DNA of 64,000 nucleotides from Candidatus Fimivivens sp. (GTDB lineage Bacteria; Bacillota; Clostridia; Oscillospirales; Ruminococcaceae): NCBI GenBank assembly GCA_034933525.1, contig JAYFNI010000002.1, positions 100,433 to 164,432 of the forward strand, read 5' to 3'. Shown piece by piece: positions 56,535 to 64,000 of this stretch (position 1 is its first letter; each line of letters starts with the position of its first letter). The notes under the pieces were generated by a model. It saw only the letters and a program-made list of their open reading frames with translations, ran no database searches and was not told where the DNA came from. The position numbers and the translations under genes were made by a program.

Positions 56535-56595
56535 AGGGGACGGCGGGAATTGAACCCACGATTCGCCAACACCGCATGACTGCGGGACGTTCCCC
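56535..56595 (-). ncRNA. Minimal tRNA-like structure (acceptor stem + T-arm, no canonical D or anticodon arms)
   Basis: GGGGAACG...CGTCCCC acceptor-like stem; T-arm GTGGG-TTCAATT-CCCGC; central hairpin CCGCA-GTCA-TGCGG; 12-bp hairpin just upstream (56602-56632). Confidence 0.45.
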
Positions 56596-56643
56596 ATGTG
56601 TGCGGCGGGTAACGGGTAAGGTCACCCGCCGCGTGATTTGCGA

Positions 56644-57111
56644 TTACTCTAATACATAGATTTCATCAACGGAATAGGTACTGAATCCCTTTTTGCCCTC
56701 GGCAAAGTCCAGTTTGAATTCAAACTTACCGTCAACCGCTTCGCGAATATCCATCAGCAATTCGCCATACTGCTTGTAGGTTTTGAACTCGACGTTGAAT
56801 CCGGGAATTTCAGCGGTCATCTGCCTAAAGATTTCGTTGGCGATATGAATTTGAAAACCCTGTGTAATGACCTGATTCATGAAAATCAAGCACCCTTTAT
56901 ATTCGCCGTCCACGACCTTGAACCAAACCGTAACCATCGGATCACCCTTTTTGGATTCAACCAGTTCCAGTTTGTTGACCTCTACTTCATAAACGCCGTG
57001 GGGAACTTCACGGTAATTCGCCCCGTTTTCAGCCGCTTCCTTAACGTCGTTCGCCAGTCCTGCCGTGTCAACTGCCTTGTCAAACTTGTCCCACAAATTG
57101 TTCTCTGCCAT
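56644..57111 (-). CDS. DUF669-like protein (putative ssDNA-binding/recombination)
   Basis: VPHGVYEVEV..LE...SKKGDPM..VWFKV..GEYKG. Confidence 0.7.
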   Translation of the reverse strand: MAENNLWDKFDKAVDTAGLANDVKEAAENGANYREVPHGVYEVEVNKLELVESKKGDPMVTVWFKVVDGEYKGCLIFMNQVITQGFQIHIANEIFRQMTAEIPGFNVEFKTYKQYGELLMDIREAVDGKFEFKLDFAEGKKGFSTYSVDEIYVLE

Positions 57112-57203
57112 GATAAATTACCTACCTTTCAAAATTCACCGTATCGGTGTTATTGTATCGCTGTGTTGACTGTCCGTCTACATGACGGTTAAAAAAATTT
57201 GCT

Positions 57204-58967
57204 TTATTCGCCGCGACGTTTCCGAACACGGGAAGTGGGCGGGTTCTCTGCCTTTTTCGGCTCTTTTGCCGGGGGTTCTTCGGCGGGGGTTTCATCCTGC
57301 TTGTCTTGCGGCTCTGCGTCCTCGCTTTGCGCTTCATTAACCGGGGGCGGGGTCTGTGTAACCTCTGCGTTGTCCTCGCCCTGTGGCGTGTCCTGCGCGT
57401 CCGTAGGCGGGGTTTTCTCTGCGGGGGTATCTTCCTTTGCCTTTGCTGTCCTGCGGCTCGTCTGCGGCTTTTCCGTAGGCGCGGGGGCGGGTCTGCCTGT
57501 TTTTCCCTGTGCGGCGTTCTTCGACGCTTCGTCAAAGATAGCCATGAATTCATCAAGGTCAAGCGGAATTTCATTCCGGGTCACGGTCAAGCGACCGCCG
57601 CCAAACACTACTTCATTTTGCTTGAAAGAAAGCGTCCGAACGTCCCCGTCAGCGATAACCCGCGCAACGATATGAACCATACCCGCTACTTTGTTTGCGG
57701 TCTTCTCCTGAATGTTGGGCTTGATTGCCGTGATTTTGTCCCCGCCCTTTTTTGTAATGTCCTTTGACGTGTCTTCGTGGGAAACAAGAATAAAGTTTTC
57801 GTAATCAAGGTTCATCAATCTTTTAATCGTGGACAGGAATTCGGTTCGCACCTTGTCCCAAGCCCTAAAAGAATCGTCGCTTTCGTGGGTAATACCCATC
57901 TGCTGATACATATACAAACGGCAATGTTCGTACAGGTCTTCAAGAAGGTCAACAACAATGGTCTTGAAAGTGTTATCCTTCTTTTCCAGTTCATCAATCG
58001 CGCCTTTGAAAATCTCCCAAGCAAGCGTTGTTTTGGTCATGCGTCCCTCGACCTTAACTTCGTTTGCGATTTTGATATACGGCGCGTCTACGAATGTAAT
58101 GTTGCCGTCCGTGTTCAGCATAAGAACATCAGGGAATTTGTTGGCAAACGTGGTCTTGCCGCTGAATGGCGCACCGTAAAGCCAAATTGTGCGCTTGTTC
58201 ACCTTCTCAATATTGCGGCGTTCGTTTTTTGGTAGTAACATGAAATCCACTCCTTTTTCACAATAATTTTGATATTCACACCAGTTACATAGATAACCCC
58301 GGTTCGGGTCATGGGTCACATCTTCAAGGGCGTGTTTTACACCAAACAGGAAGTCAACTGCTTTATCCACATCAAACTGAACTTCCATCGTAAACGGTTC
58401 AATCTTGTTCAGTTCGGTTTGAATTCTCTGCCGGAACGCGCCCAATTCCTCTTTTTTACCTCGCTTGATTTTCACTTTGGGAATCATCAGGTAAAACAGG
58501 CGGTCAATTCGCTTTCCGGGGTTCGCACGTTCAAAGAAGAATTTGTAAACGTGCAATTGTGCCGATTCGCGGTATTTCGCCGCGTTATTGGAATACTTGA
58601 AATCATACAGGTCATAAGTATCGCGCCCCGTGGGAACAAGGTAATCCATGAACCCGATGAAGTCAGGCGTTGAAATCAGTCTTTCAAACTCGCCGCCTTT
58701 CGGTAACAGGTCAGCGGCAAGGGGTATCAGGTGTTCCAACTTCATGACCTCGTTTTCGTGGTCATCGGTAATAATCGGATAGCCCATGACGTATTGTTCA
58801 ACTGCCGCGTCAACGCCCTTTTCAAGTCCTGTGTGCATTGCTGTACCAAGTAACAACGCGTTGTCCGGGTCATCGTTGGGTAAGGTGTCTAACCCGTCCA
58901 AATAGCGCAATTTGAACTTGTACGGGCATTGCGTATGACATTCAACGCGGCTATGTGAGAATTGCAT
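57204..58967 (-). CDS. PD-(D/E)XK exonuclease fused to AAA_24 (Sak4-like) ATPase, acidic Pro-rich tail
   Basis: SHSR..CHTQCP, GTAMH, DYL...DFKYS, CNWCEYQNYC; Walker A GAPFSGKTT; internal AAAGGAG + ATG at 58241. Confidence 0.8.
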   Translation of the reverse strand: MQFSHSRVECHTQCPYKFKLRYLDGLDTLPNDDPDNALLLGTAMHTGLEKGVDAAVEQYVMGYPIITDDHENEVMKLEHLIPLAADLLPKGGEFERLISTPDFIGFMDYLVPTGRDTYDLYDFKYSNNAAKYRESAQLHVYKFFFERANPGKRIDRLFYLMIPKVKIKRGKKEELGAFRQRIQTELNKIEPFTMEVQFDVDKAVDFLFGVKHALEDVTHDPNRGYLCNWCEYQNYCEKGVDFMLLPKNERRNIEKVNKRTIWLYGAPFSGKTTFANKFPDVLMLNTDGNITFVDAPYIKIANEVKVEGRMTKTTLAWEIFKGAIDELEKKDNTFKTIVVDLLEDLYEHCRLYMYQQMGITHESDDSFRAWDKVRTEFLSTIKRLMNLDYENFILVSHEDTSKDITKKGGDKITAIKPNIQEKTANKVAGMVHIVARVIADGDVRTLSFKQNEVVFGGGRLTVTRNEIPLDLDEFMAIFDEASKNAAQGKTGRPAPAPTEKPQTSRRTAKAKEDTPAEKTPPTDAQDTPQGEDNAEVTQTPPPVNEAQSEDAEPQDKQDETPAEEPPAKEPKKAENPPTSRVRKRRGE

Positions 58968-59302
58968 TGTATCACCCCTTTCATAATCTCTTTGAATTCT
59001 TCAAAACCGTCCGGGTAAAGGATGATACCAATTCCCCCCGCCGTATTTATTCGGGCGGTATTCAGCTTTTGAAGTTCGGAAGCCGTCCCTTGTGCCGCTT
59101 TCAACTCCACCGAAATGAAGAATCCATTTGCACACATCAGCAAGTCAGGAATTCCCGCTTTCTGATACCCGCCGCCCCACACCTTAAAGAACCAACCTAT
59201 TTCAACCGCTTCCATTTTGTTCTTCGGTGTACCCGCCGCGTAAATGCCTATCGTGTGAAGCCATTTTTTCACGCGGGTTTCAAATAGTTTTTCGCTTGCC
59301 AT
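58889..59302 (-). CDS. VRR-NUC nuclease
   Basis: SEKLFE, GIPDLL...G.F.SVELK...ASELQ. Confidence 0.82.
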   Translation of the reverse strand: MASEKLFETRVKKWLHTIGIYAAGTPKNKMEAVEIGWFFKVWGGGYQKAGIPDLLMCANGFFISVELKAAQGTASELQKLNTARINTAGGIGIILYPDGFEEFKEIMKGVIQCNSHIAALNVIRNARTSSNCAIWTG

Positions 59303-59619
59303 TAGAACACCCCTGTCGCGGTCTGATTGTATCTTGACTTCTGAAAAGCGTCGTAAATATCGCCGTTTATGTACTTTTGAACATACTGGTCAAAATCAGC
59401 CTTTTCAGAAACAAGGCGTTTTGCTTCGGTCAACGCCGTTTTCGCGGTTTTGTTTCTTGAATGCTTCGGGGTCAACTTCGTTCCTGTCGGAATATGCGTC
59501 GCAACCCAAAACCCTTGTTCTTCGTGAAGTCCAATGTCACCATCTGAAAAGCCCATTGTTTTAGCGGCAACAATTCTTTTATCTTCCTTCACACATCTGT
59601 AAAAGGTATCTTTTTTCAT
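59302..59619 (-). CDS. Hypothetical protein
   Basis: ATGA-coupled to the HNH gene. Confidence 0.55.
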   Translation of the reverse strand: MKKDTFYRCVKEDKRIVAAKTMGFSDGDIGLHEEQGFWVATHIPTGTKLTPKHSRNKTAKTALTEAKRLVSEKADFDQYVQKYINGDIYDAFQKSRYNQTATGVF

Positions 59620-59954
59620 CGCTTTTTACCCCCCCCCCTTGAAATTAACCCGCTGTCCCAAGCGTGTTTTGTGTTCTCGCTTTCGGTCATCCATTCCAAT
59701 TGTGAAGCCCTGCAATCGTGCTTTTTACCGCGCTTGTGATTTACTATCGGTTTGTTTTCAGGGTTTGGGATGAATGCCACCGCGACCAAGATATGAAGCC
59801 GACAATTTTCACCGTCCAACTTTACCCGTAAATAACCCGTTCCGTCATCATATGGGGCTAATATGTAACCAGTCCGGGCATTCCGAACCCGCGCCATAGA
59901 ACTGATTTCATAGTTCGGATGATTGCATATTTGCCGCCATGATTCCCGCGCCAT
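59616..59954 (-). CDS. NUMOD4-HNH endonuclease
   Basis: WRQI...NYEISS.ARVRN; LHILVA.AFIPNP..KP.VNH...L.W.T.SEN. Confidence 0.82.
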   Translation of the reverse strand: MARESWRQICNHPNYEISSMARVRNARTGYILAPYDDGTGYLRVKLDGENCRLHILVAVAFIPNPENKPIVNHKRGKKHDCRASQLEWMTESENTKHAWDSGLISRGGGKKR

Positions 59955-60256
59955 TACAAGTCATATTCGGGAAGGAAAGCGTCTTCGTCAAAATCAATTT
60001 CCGTTCGCTCGTCATCTTCCGTCGCTTCGTCGTATTCATCTTTGGAAATAACCTTGACGTTTTCTTTTGGCACATGAAGCATATTAGCAACAATTTCAAC
60101 TTGTTTGTCGATGAACGAATCATCCACATTTTCAAGGTTTTGCACCCCACCGAAATTCGTTAAGGTGTAACCGATGGAATCTTTGCCGCCAAACATTTCA
60201 CTGTCACGAACTTCAAAATGTAAACCGATTGTCACATAAATCAATGGATTCATCAC
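59954..60256 (-). CDS. Hypothetical acidic protein
   Basis: 100-aa ORF packed in the operon. Confidence 0.55.
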   Translation of the reverse strand: MMNPLIYVTIGLHFEVRDSEMFGGKDSIGYTLTNFGGVQNLENVDDSFIDKQVEIVANMLHVPKENVKVISKDEYDEATEDDERTEIDFDEDAFLPEYDL

Positions 60257-60696
60257 TTGTCACCGTCCTTCAACTCAATCTTGACGAATGCCTTGACCGC
60301 GCTTGTCTTGCTGAATTTGGCGGCAACGTCGGGCATTTGGGCTTTCAGCTTCGCGGAATCAATGCTTGTCCGCGTAGACGCTTCAACGTAGGTGATTTTG
60401 ATAAGGTCATTATCAAACTTCTTCACGTCATGCGCTTCCATCGCCTGTTGAAGCTGTTCGCGCATGGTCTTTTCCTGCTTCTCAATTTCGGCTTTCTGCG
60501 TCACAAGCAAGCCGATTTTCTGAATGACCGCCCTTGCCTTATCCTGAAACACTTCAAGGCTTGTCCCTTCAAACACCGCGTCATTGCATTCCTGCGGGTT
60601 CAATCCACATTTGCTTTCGCAACCCTCACCGTGGGGGCATTCAGCACAACACCCGTGGTACTTGCTTTCAGGACAATCGTTTTTGCATTTAATCAT
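60253..60696 (-). CDS. Hypothetical protein (Cys-rich N-terminus, coiled coil)
   Basis: 147-aa ORF packed in the operon. Confidence 0.6.
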   Translation of the reverse strand: MIKCKNDCPESKYHGCCAECPHGEGCESKCGLNPQECNDAVFEGTSLEVFQDKARAVIQKIGLLVTQKAEIEKQEKTMREQLQQAMEAHDVKKFDNDLIKITYVEASTRTSIDSAKLKAQMPDVAAKFSKTSAVKAFVKIELKDGDK

Positions 60697-60925
60697 TTTC
60701 GTTTTCCTCGCTTTCGGTTAAAATTTGTTTGAACTCTTTGAACGTGTCTTTGACCATTCCCCACATCAGCCACAACATAAAGGGGATAAGGGGGAAGAAC
60801 ATTTCACCGCCAATGGCGTTGTACCCGCGTTGTGCGTCGGCATATGTAAACATTTGCGGGGTCAGGGCTAAGAATATCCCGGTGACCACCAACAATATGA
60901 AATGCCGCTTGATAAACTGTTTCAT
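60689..60925 (-). CDS. Small membrane protein
   Basis: Two hydrophobic segments; YAD.QRGY.AIGGE. Confidence 0.55.
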   Translation of the reverse strand: MKQFIKRHFILLVVTGIFLALTPQMFTYADAQRGYNAIGGEMFFPLIPFMLWLMWGMVKDTFKEFKQILTESEENEND

Positions 60926-62217
60926 TCCGTCCCCCTTCCGTCAACGAATAGGTCATCCGTCAACTGCTTCCGTAATCCCAAAATCGGGAATATCTCTTTA
61001 TCCTCAACGCTGTTCTTGCACACTAACAACCAGTAGAAACAAGGCTTGTCCTGTCCGATTCTGTGAATTCGCTTCTTCGATTGTTCAAACAGTTCGGACT
61101 TGTCCGTTGGCGTGAAATAGATGATTTTGTTCGCCTTTTGTAAATTCAACCCCATCGCCCCGGCTTGATATTGAACCAACGTGACAGAATTTTCGTTCTG
61201 CTCATAGGCGGTAAGGTCTTTTGTATGCCCGTTGACCTCTGAAACAGGCTTGTCCAATTCAACGGCGATTTGGCGCAAGGCGTGAAGTTCGTCATTGAAG
61301 TTGTAGAAGACAATCAACCTGTCGTTCGTGCTTTCGCATAAGTCCCGGAACGCGTCCAATTTCGCCGGGTTCAGGTGACCACATAACATTCTTGAATATA
61401 ATCGTTGTGTCAACGCCGTGTCCCCGATGAATTCTTGACCGTCAACCGTGACAACCTTTGTCTTTTGGAACTTCCTGTATTCCTTCGTTGTTGAAACATT
61501 AACTTCAATAAAGTTTTGTTTCGGTAATTCAAAGACTTCATCGGTTTTCAGGAACACCGCGCCATGTTCGCGCATTTTGCGTTTCAAGCGGTCAACGTTT
61601 TTATAGGGGTCATCTTTGTCCACAACGTTCATCGGGAAGCCGCCAACCTCAATTTTCTTCCAATTGACATATTGTGTGTTGTAAACCCGTTGACTGATTT
61701 CCCAACCAATCAAGTTCAATTGCGCCCACAAATTTTCATACTTCCCGGACGTGGGCGTTCCTGAAAGAAGAATGACGTTCAACGGGTTCATTTTCAAAAT
61801 GAACTTTGTCCGTTTCGCTTTTTCGTTTTGAATCTGCGAACTTTCGTCTAAAAGTAATGTGAAATTTTCAAGGTTTAGAAAGTCACGTCTACGAAAAATC
61901 AAGTCATAATTGATAACACCGATTTGCAATCTTTCAGGTTCAGCGGTTACCCCGTGCCACGGGCGATTGAAGAACCATTCAAAATCACACTTGTTCGTCA
62001 AGTCAGCCGCCGCAATGTCGTAATTCTGAATGAAATGGTCAATCCAGTCTTGAATTTTTGATTTCTGACAAACGACCAAGATGACCGGGGCATTTAATTG
62101 AACCGCTTTTTCCGCGCCGACATACGTTTTACCAAGTCCCATGTCCCAATAATAAGCGACGCGGTTGAACGGCGCGGTCTGTTCAAGTCCTTGCTGTTGG
62201 AAGGGATAGAAGGGCAT
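60922..62217 (-). CDS. SNF2-family helicase
   Basis: DMGLGKT, LLDES, SGTP, AGAMGLNLQ, QSKKRIHRIGQ. Confidence 0.9.
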   Translation of the reverse strand: MPFYPFQQQGLEQTAPFNRVAYYWDMGLGKTYVGAEKAVQLNAPVILVVCQKSKIQDWIDHFIQNYDIAAADLTNKCDFEWFFNRPWHGVTAEPERLQIGVINYDLIFRRRDFLNLENFTLLLDESSQIQNEKAKRTKFILKMNPLNVILLSGTPTSGKYENLWAQLNLIGWEISQRVYNTQYVNWKKIEVGGFPMNVVDKDDPYKNVDRLKRKMREHGAVFLKTDEVFELPKQNFIEVNVSTTKEYRKFQKTKVVTVDGQEFIGDTALTQRLYSRMLCGHLNPAKLDAFRDLCESTNDRLIVFYNFNDELHALRQIAVELDKPVSEVNGHTKDLTAYEQNENSVTLVQYQAGAMGLNLQKANKIIYFTPTDKSELFEQSKKRIHRIGQDKPCFYWLLVCKNSVEDKEIFPILGLRKQLTDDLFVDGRGTE

Positions 62218-62221
62218 AGCG

Positions 62222-62926
62222 TCACCCCTCTATTTCCGTTCCACACCACGGGCAATGCGTGATTTCGTATTCGCTCACAAGTTCGCTGTTGAACTCTTTA
62301 CCGCAATTACGACAATCGCCAAAAGGGGCGGTACTTGCAAGGTCAATGTGAACTTTTGCAATTTCAATCGCCATCCGCGCCGTTACCTTGAACTTGTCAG
62401 CCCAATTTGCAATAAGCTGTTCAAAGGCGTTCAGTGCGTAGAAGTCCCATTCAAACGAAACACCAATTTCACGGGTTTTTGTGCGGAAAAAAGTCAAAGA
62501 ATTCGCGTTTGCTCCAATGGGCGTAATGTTCAGAATGTGTTCCGTCGAAAAGATAGCCGCGTCACCGCAAACCTTGGCGTTGCCCCAAACCTTGGCGTTG
62601 CCCCAAACCTTGGCGTCACCGCAAACCTTGGCGTCACCGCAAACCTCGGCGTCACCGCAAACCTTGGCGTTGCCCCAAACCTCGGCGTCACCGCAAACCT
62701 TGGCGTTGCCCCAAACCTTGGCGTTGCCCCAAACCTTGGCGTCACCGCAAACCCACGCTTTATCATCATGGGACAGGTTCTTTTCACTTTCAACATACCC
62801 GCCCAAGTCACCGATGTTGATTTCTTCGCCGTTCGTGGTTTCAAACGCAATTAATGCGCGAATGCGGTACAACTCACGACCAAACCAGTTGATTTTCTTT
62901 TCTGCCGTCAATTCAAACTTTTTCAT
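62222..62926 (-). CDS. Hexapeptide-repeat (left-handed beta-helix-like) protein with C-terminal Zn ribbon
   Basis: 11 V[CW]G[DN]A[KEA] units; CRNC...CPWC. Confidence 0.75.
   Translation of the reverse strand: MKKFELTAEKKINWFGRELYRIRALIAFETTNGEEINIGDLGGYVESEKNLSHDDKAWVCGDAKVWGNAKVWGNAKVCGDAEVWGNAKVCGDAEVCGDAKVCGDAKVWGNAKVWGNAKVCGDAAIFSTEHILNITPIGANANSLTFFRTKTREIGVSFEWDFYALNAFEQLIANWADKFKVTARMAIEIAKVHIDLASTAPFGDCRNCGKEFNSELVSEYEITHCPWCGTEIEG
62560..62756 (-). repeat. 18-nt coding tandem repeat, 11 units of two types
   Basis: gtttgcggtgacgcc(a/g)ag and gtttggggcaacgccaag units. Confidence 0.9.
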
Positions 62927-62972
62927 GTTTTCATAACCTCCTAAAATTTTTATGCGTCTTCATCATGCCGGG

Positions 62973-63374
62973 TTAAATGATACCCGCGTAATCGTAGAAC
63001 TTTTTCGGACTGATATGATATGACCACTTTTCACCTGTTCCCATAACTGCGAACCCGAACGGGGCAATCCCACGTTGAAGGGAAACACGGACAAACTGTT
63101 TCGATTTCCCTAATAGTTTCGCGGCGTGTTCAACGCTCACGTTCTTCAAAGTACAACCATTAGGTGCGGGGTCAAGATGAACCGTTTCACCGTTGAAGTA
63201 GTCAATTGAAACGTCAAGCGCGTCAGCCAATTTCTGTTTCATCTTGTCCGTGGGAACATTCTTCCCGGACAGATATTGACTAATGGATGATTTGCCGATA
63301 CCCGACAACGCGGATAACTGCGTTTGGGTCATATTGCGTTCAATCATTGCTTTGTTCAATAGTTCATTAAACAT
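62973..63374 (-). CDS. XRE-family HTH protein with a second C-terminal HTH-like domain
   Basis: MTQTQLSALSGIGKSSISQYLSG; VSVEHAAKLLGKS. Confidence 0.82.
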   Translation of the reverse strand: MFNELLNKAMIERNMTQTQLSALSGIGKSSISQYLSGKNVPTDKMKQKLADALDVSIDYFNGETVHLDPAPNGCTLKNVSVEHAAKLLGKSKQFVRVSLQRGIAPFGFAVMGTGEKWSYHISPKKFYDYAGII

Positions 63375-63376
63375 TT

Positions 63377-63622
63377 TTATTCACTCCTTTCGTTATTTGT
63401 AGACTGTCCGTCTACATACTGGTCAAAAAAAATGGCGTTTCGTTCGTCATCGGAAATTTTCAACAGGTCACAAAGAATTGCAATTTCATTTGCCCGGAAC
63501 TTCGCAATGTCATTGATTTTGTTGACGAACCCTTGATAGGTCAATCCAAGCTGTTCAGCGATGAAGCGGATTTTATAACCCGAACCGTCAACCTTTGTTT
63601 TCAATAATTTAGAACCATTCAC
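63377..63622 (-). CDS. Cro-like HTH protein
   Basis: IAEQLGLTYQGFVNKIN...F.A.EI..LCDLL. Confidence 0.75.
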   Translation of the reverse strand: MNGSKLLKTKVDGSGYKIRFIAEQLGLTYQGFVNKINDIAKFRANEIAILCDLLKISDDERNAIFFDQYVDGQSTNNERSE

Positions 63623-63638
63623 GTTTTACCCCCCCCCC

Positions 63639-64000
63639 TTAATAAATCCGGGCGTAGTCTTTCAGACTACTAATCAACCCGTCAAAGTCTTCATTTTCGC
63701 CCAACGTTTCCGCAACCTCGCGGACAATCTCAATTGGACAGTCATATTCATCAGCCATTGCCTGAAAATAGTCTTCCCGGCTTTCATAGCCGTTTTCTTG
63801 ATACACGTTCAATTTTTCAAACCCCCGTTCATTAAGTTCAAACTTCAAGTGAAATAACGTTATAGGTTTCAGCCGCTTTGTTGTGTTGCTCATTGGGGTA
63901 TACCCCGCGTCATCGGCAAACCCACAAAGAAAAGCGTAATACATACCGTTACATGGAACGCGGCAATGTTCGCAATGCTTACAATCGCCGTTACAGGCTT
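63639..64000 (-). CDS. Hypothetical protein, 5'-truncated by the window edge
   Basis: Frame stays open to 64000 (ACNGDCKHCEHCRVPCNG precedes the listed Met). Confidence 0.55.
   Translation of the reverse strand, partial: ACNGDCKHCEHCRVPCNGMYYAFLCGFADDAGYTPMSNTTKRLKPITLFHLKFELNERGFEKLNVYQENGYESREDYFQAMADEYDCPIEIVREVAETLGENEDFDGLISSLKDYARIY

Larger units (their letters stand above)
24050..64000 (-). mobile_element. Temperate prophage with contractile tail (PBSX/xkd-like), truncated at the right edge
   Basis: Co-oriented lysis, tail, head, packaging, replication and HTH modules; composition and style shift from host genes near 24,050. Confidence 0.95.

Noticed and set aside
56535-56595. Functional tRNA or tmRNA gene
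   Set aside because: No D-arm or 7-nt anticodon loop and far too short; kept only as a tRNA-like finding.
57122-57675. Arg-rich (57122-57574) and Ser/Gly-rich (57199-57675) ORFs
   Set aside because: Alternative-frame readings of the low-complexity tail of the AAA gene.
62560-62756. CRISPR array
   Set aside because: Units are contiguous 18-mers with no unique spacers and are in-frame coding; no cas genes in the window.
1-64000. Second VR target for the DGR inside the window
   Set aside because: No other ORF end resembled the TR on visual inspection; an A-wildcard search over the whole genome is needed to exclude remote targets.

Overview
The window has two parts. Positions 1-~24,000 are chromosome of a spore-forming Clostridia-like bacterium. 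This part carries an RpiR regulator, a ProX/PrdX deacylase, and a sigma54-linked locus (sensor kinase, NtrC-type regulator, orphan family-5 binding protein, D-aminoacylase, permease). It also has an LCP protein, a GNAT, an sleC + two csp germination cluster, a TauABC-like ABC transporter with a Crp/Fnr gene, and two amidohydrolases. Positions ~24,050-64,000 are a minus-strand temperate prophage with a contractile tail (PBSX/xkd-like); it runs off the right edge, so the integrase and repressor are not visible. The clearest signal is a diversity-generating retroelement. Its RT (26849-27901) has YMDD and GNYFSQ motifs, and its template repeat (28075-28201) aligns to a variable repeat (28299-28425) at the C-terminus of a tail-fibre gene. 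All 25 mismatches over 127 nt fall at TR adenines, and there is no recognisable avd gene. The most likely undescribed element is an ADP-ribosylation writer/eraser pair in one phage: a MuF minor head protein with a C-terminal R-S-ExE ADP-ribosyltransferase (plus a possible immunity ORF), and an ADP-ribosylglycohydrolase in the replication module. Other signals are a DUF5664-like dNTPase, insert domains in the capsid and fibre proteins, a minimal tRNA-like RNA, an ori-like inverted-repeat array, repeated intergenic motifs, poly-G ribosome-binding sites, and a nuclease-ATPase fusion with an internal start. Protein family calls come from recognising motifs by eye; no database searches were run.
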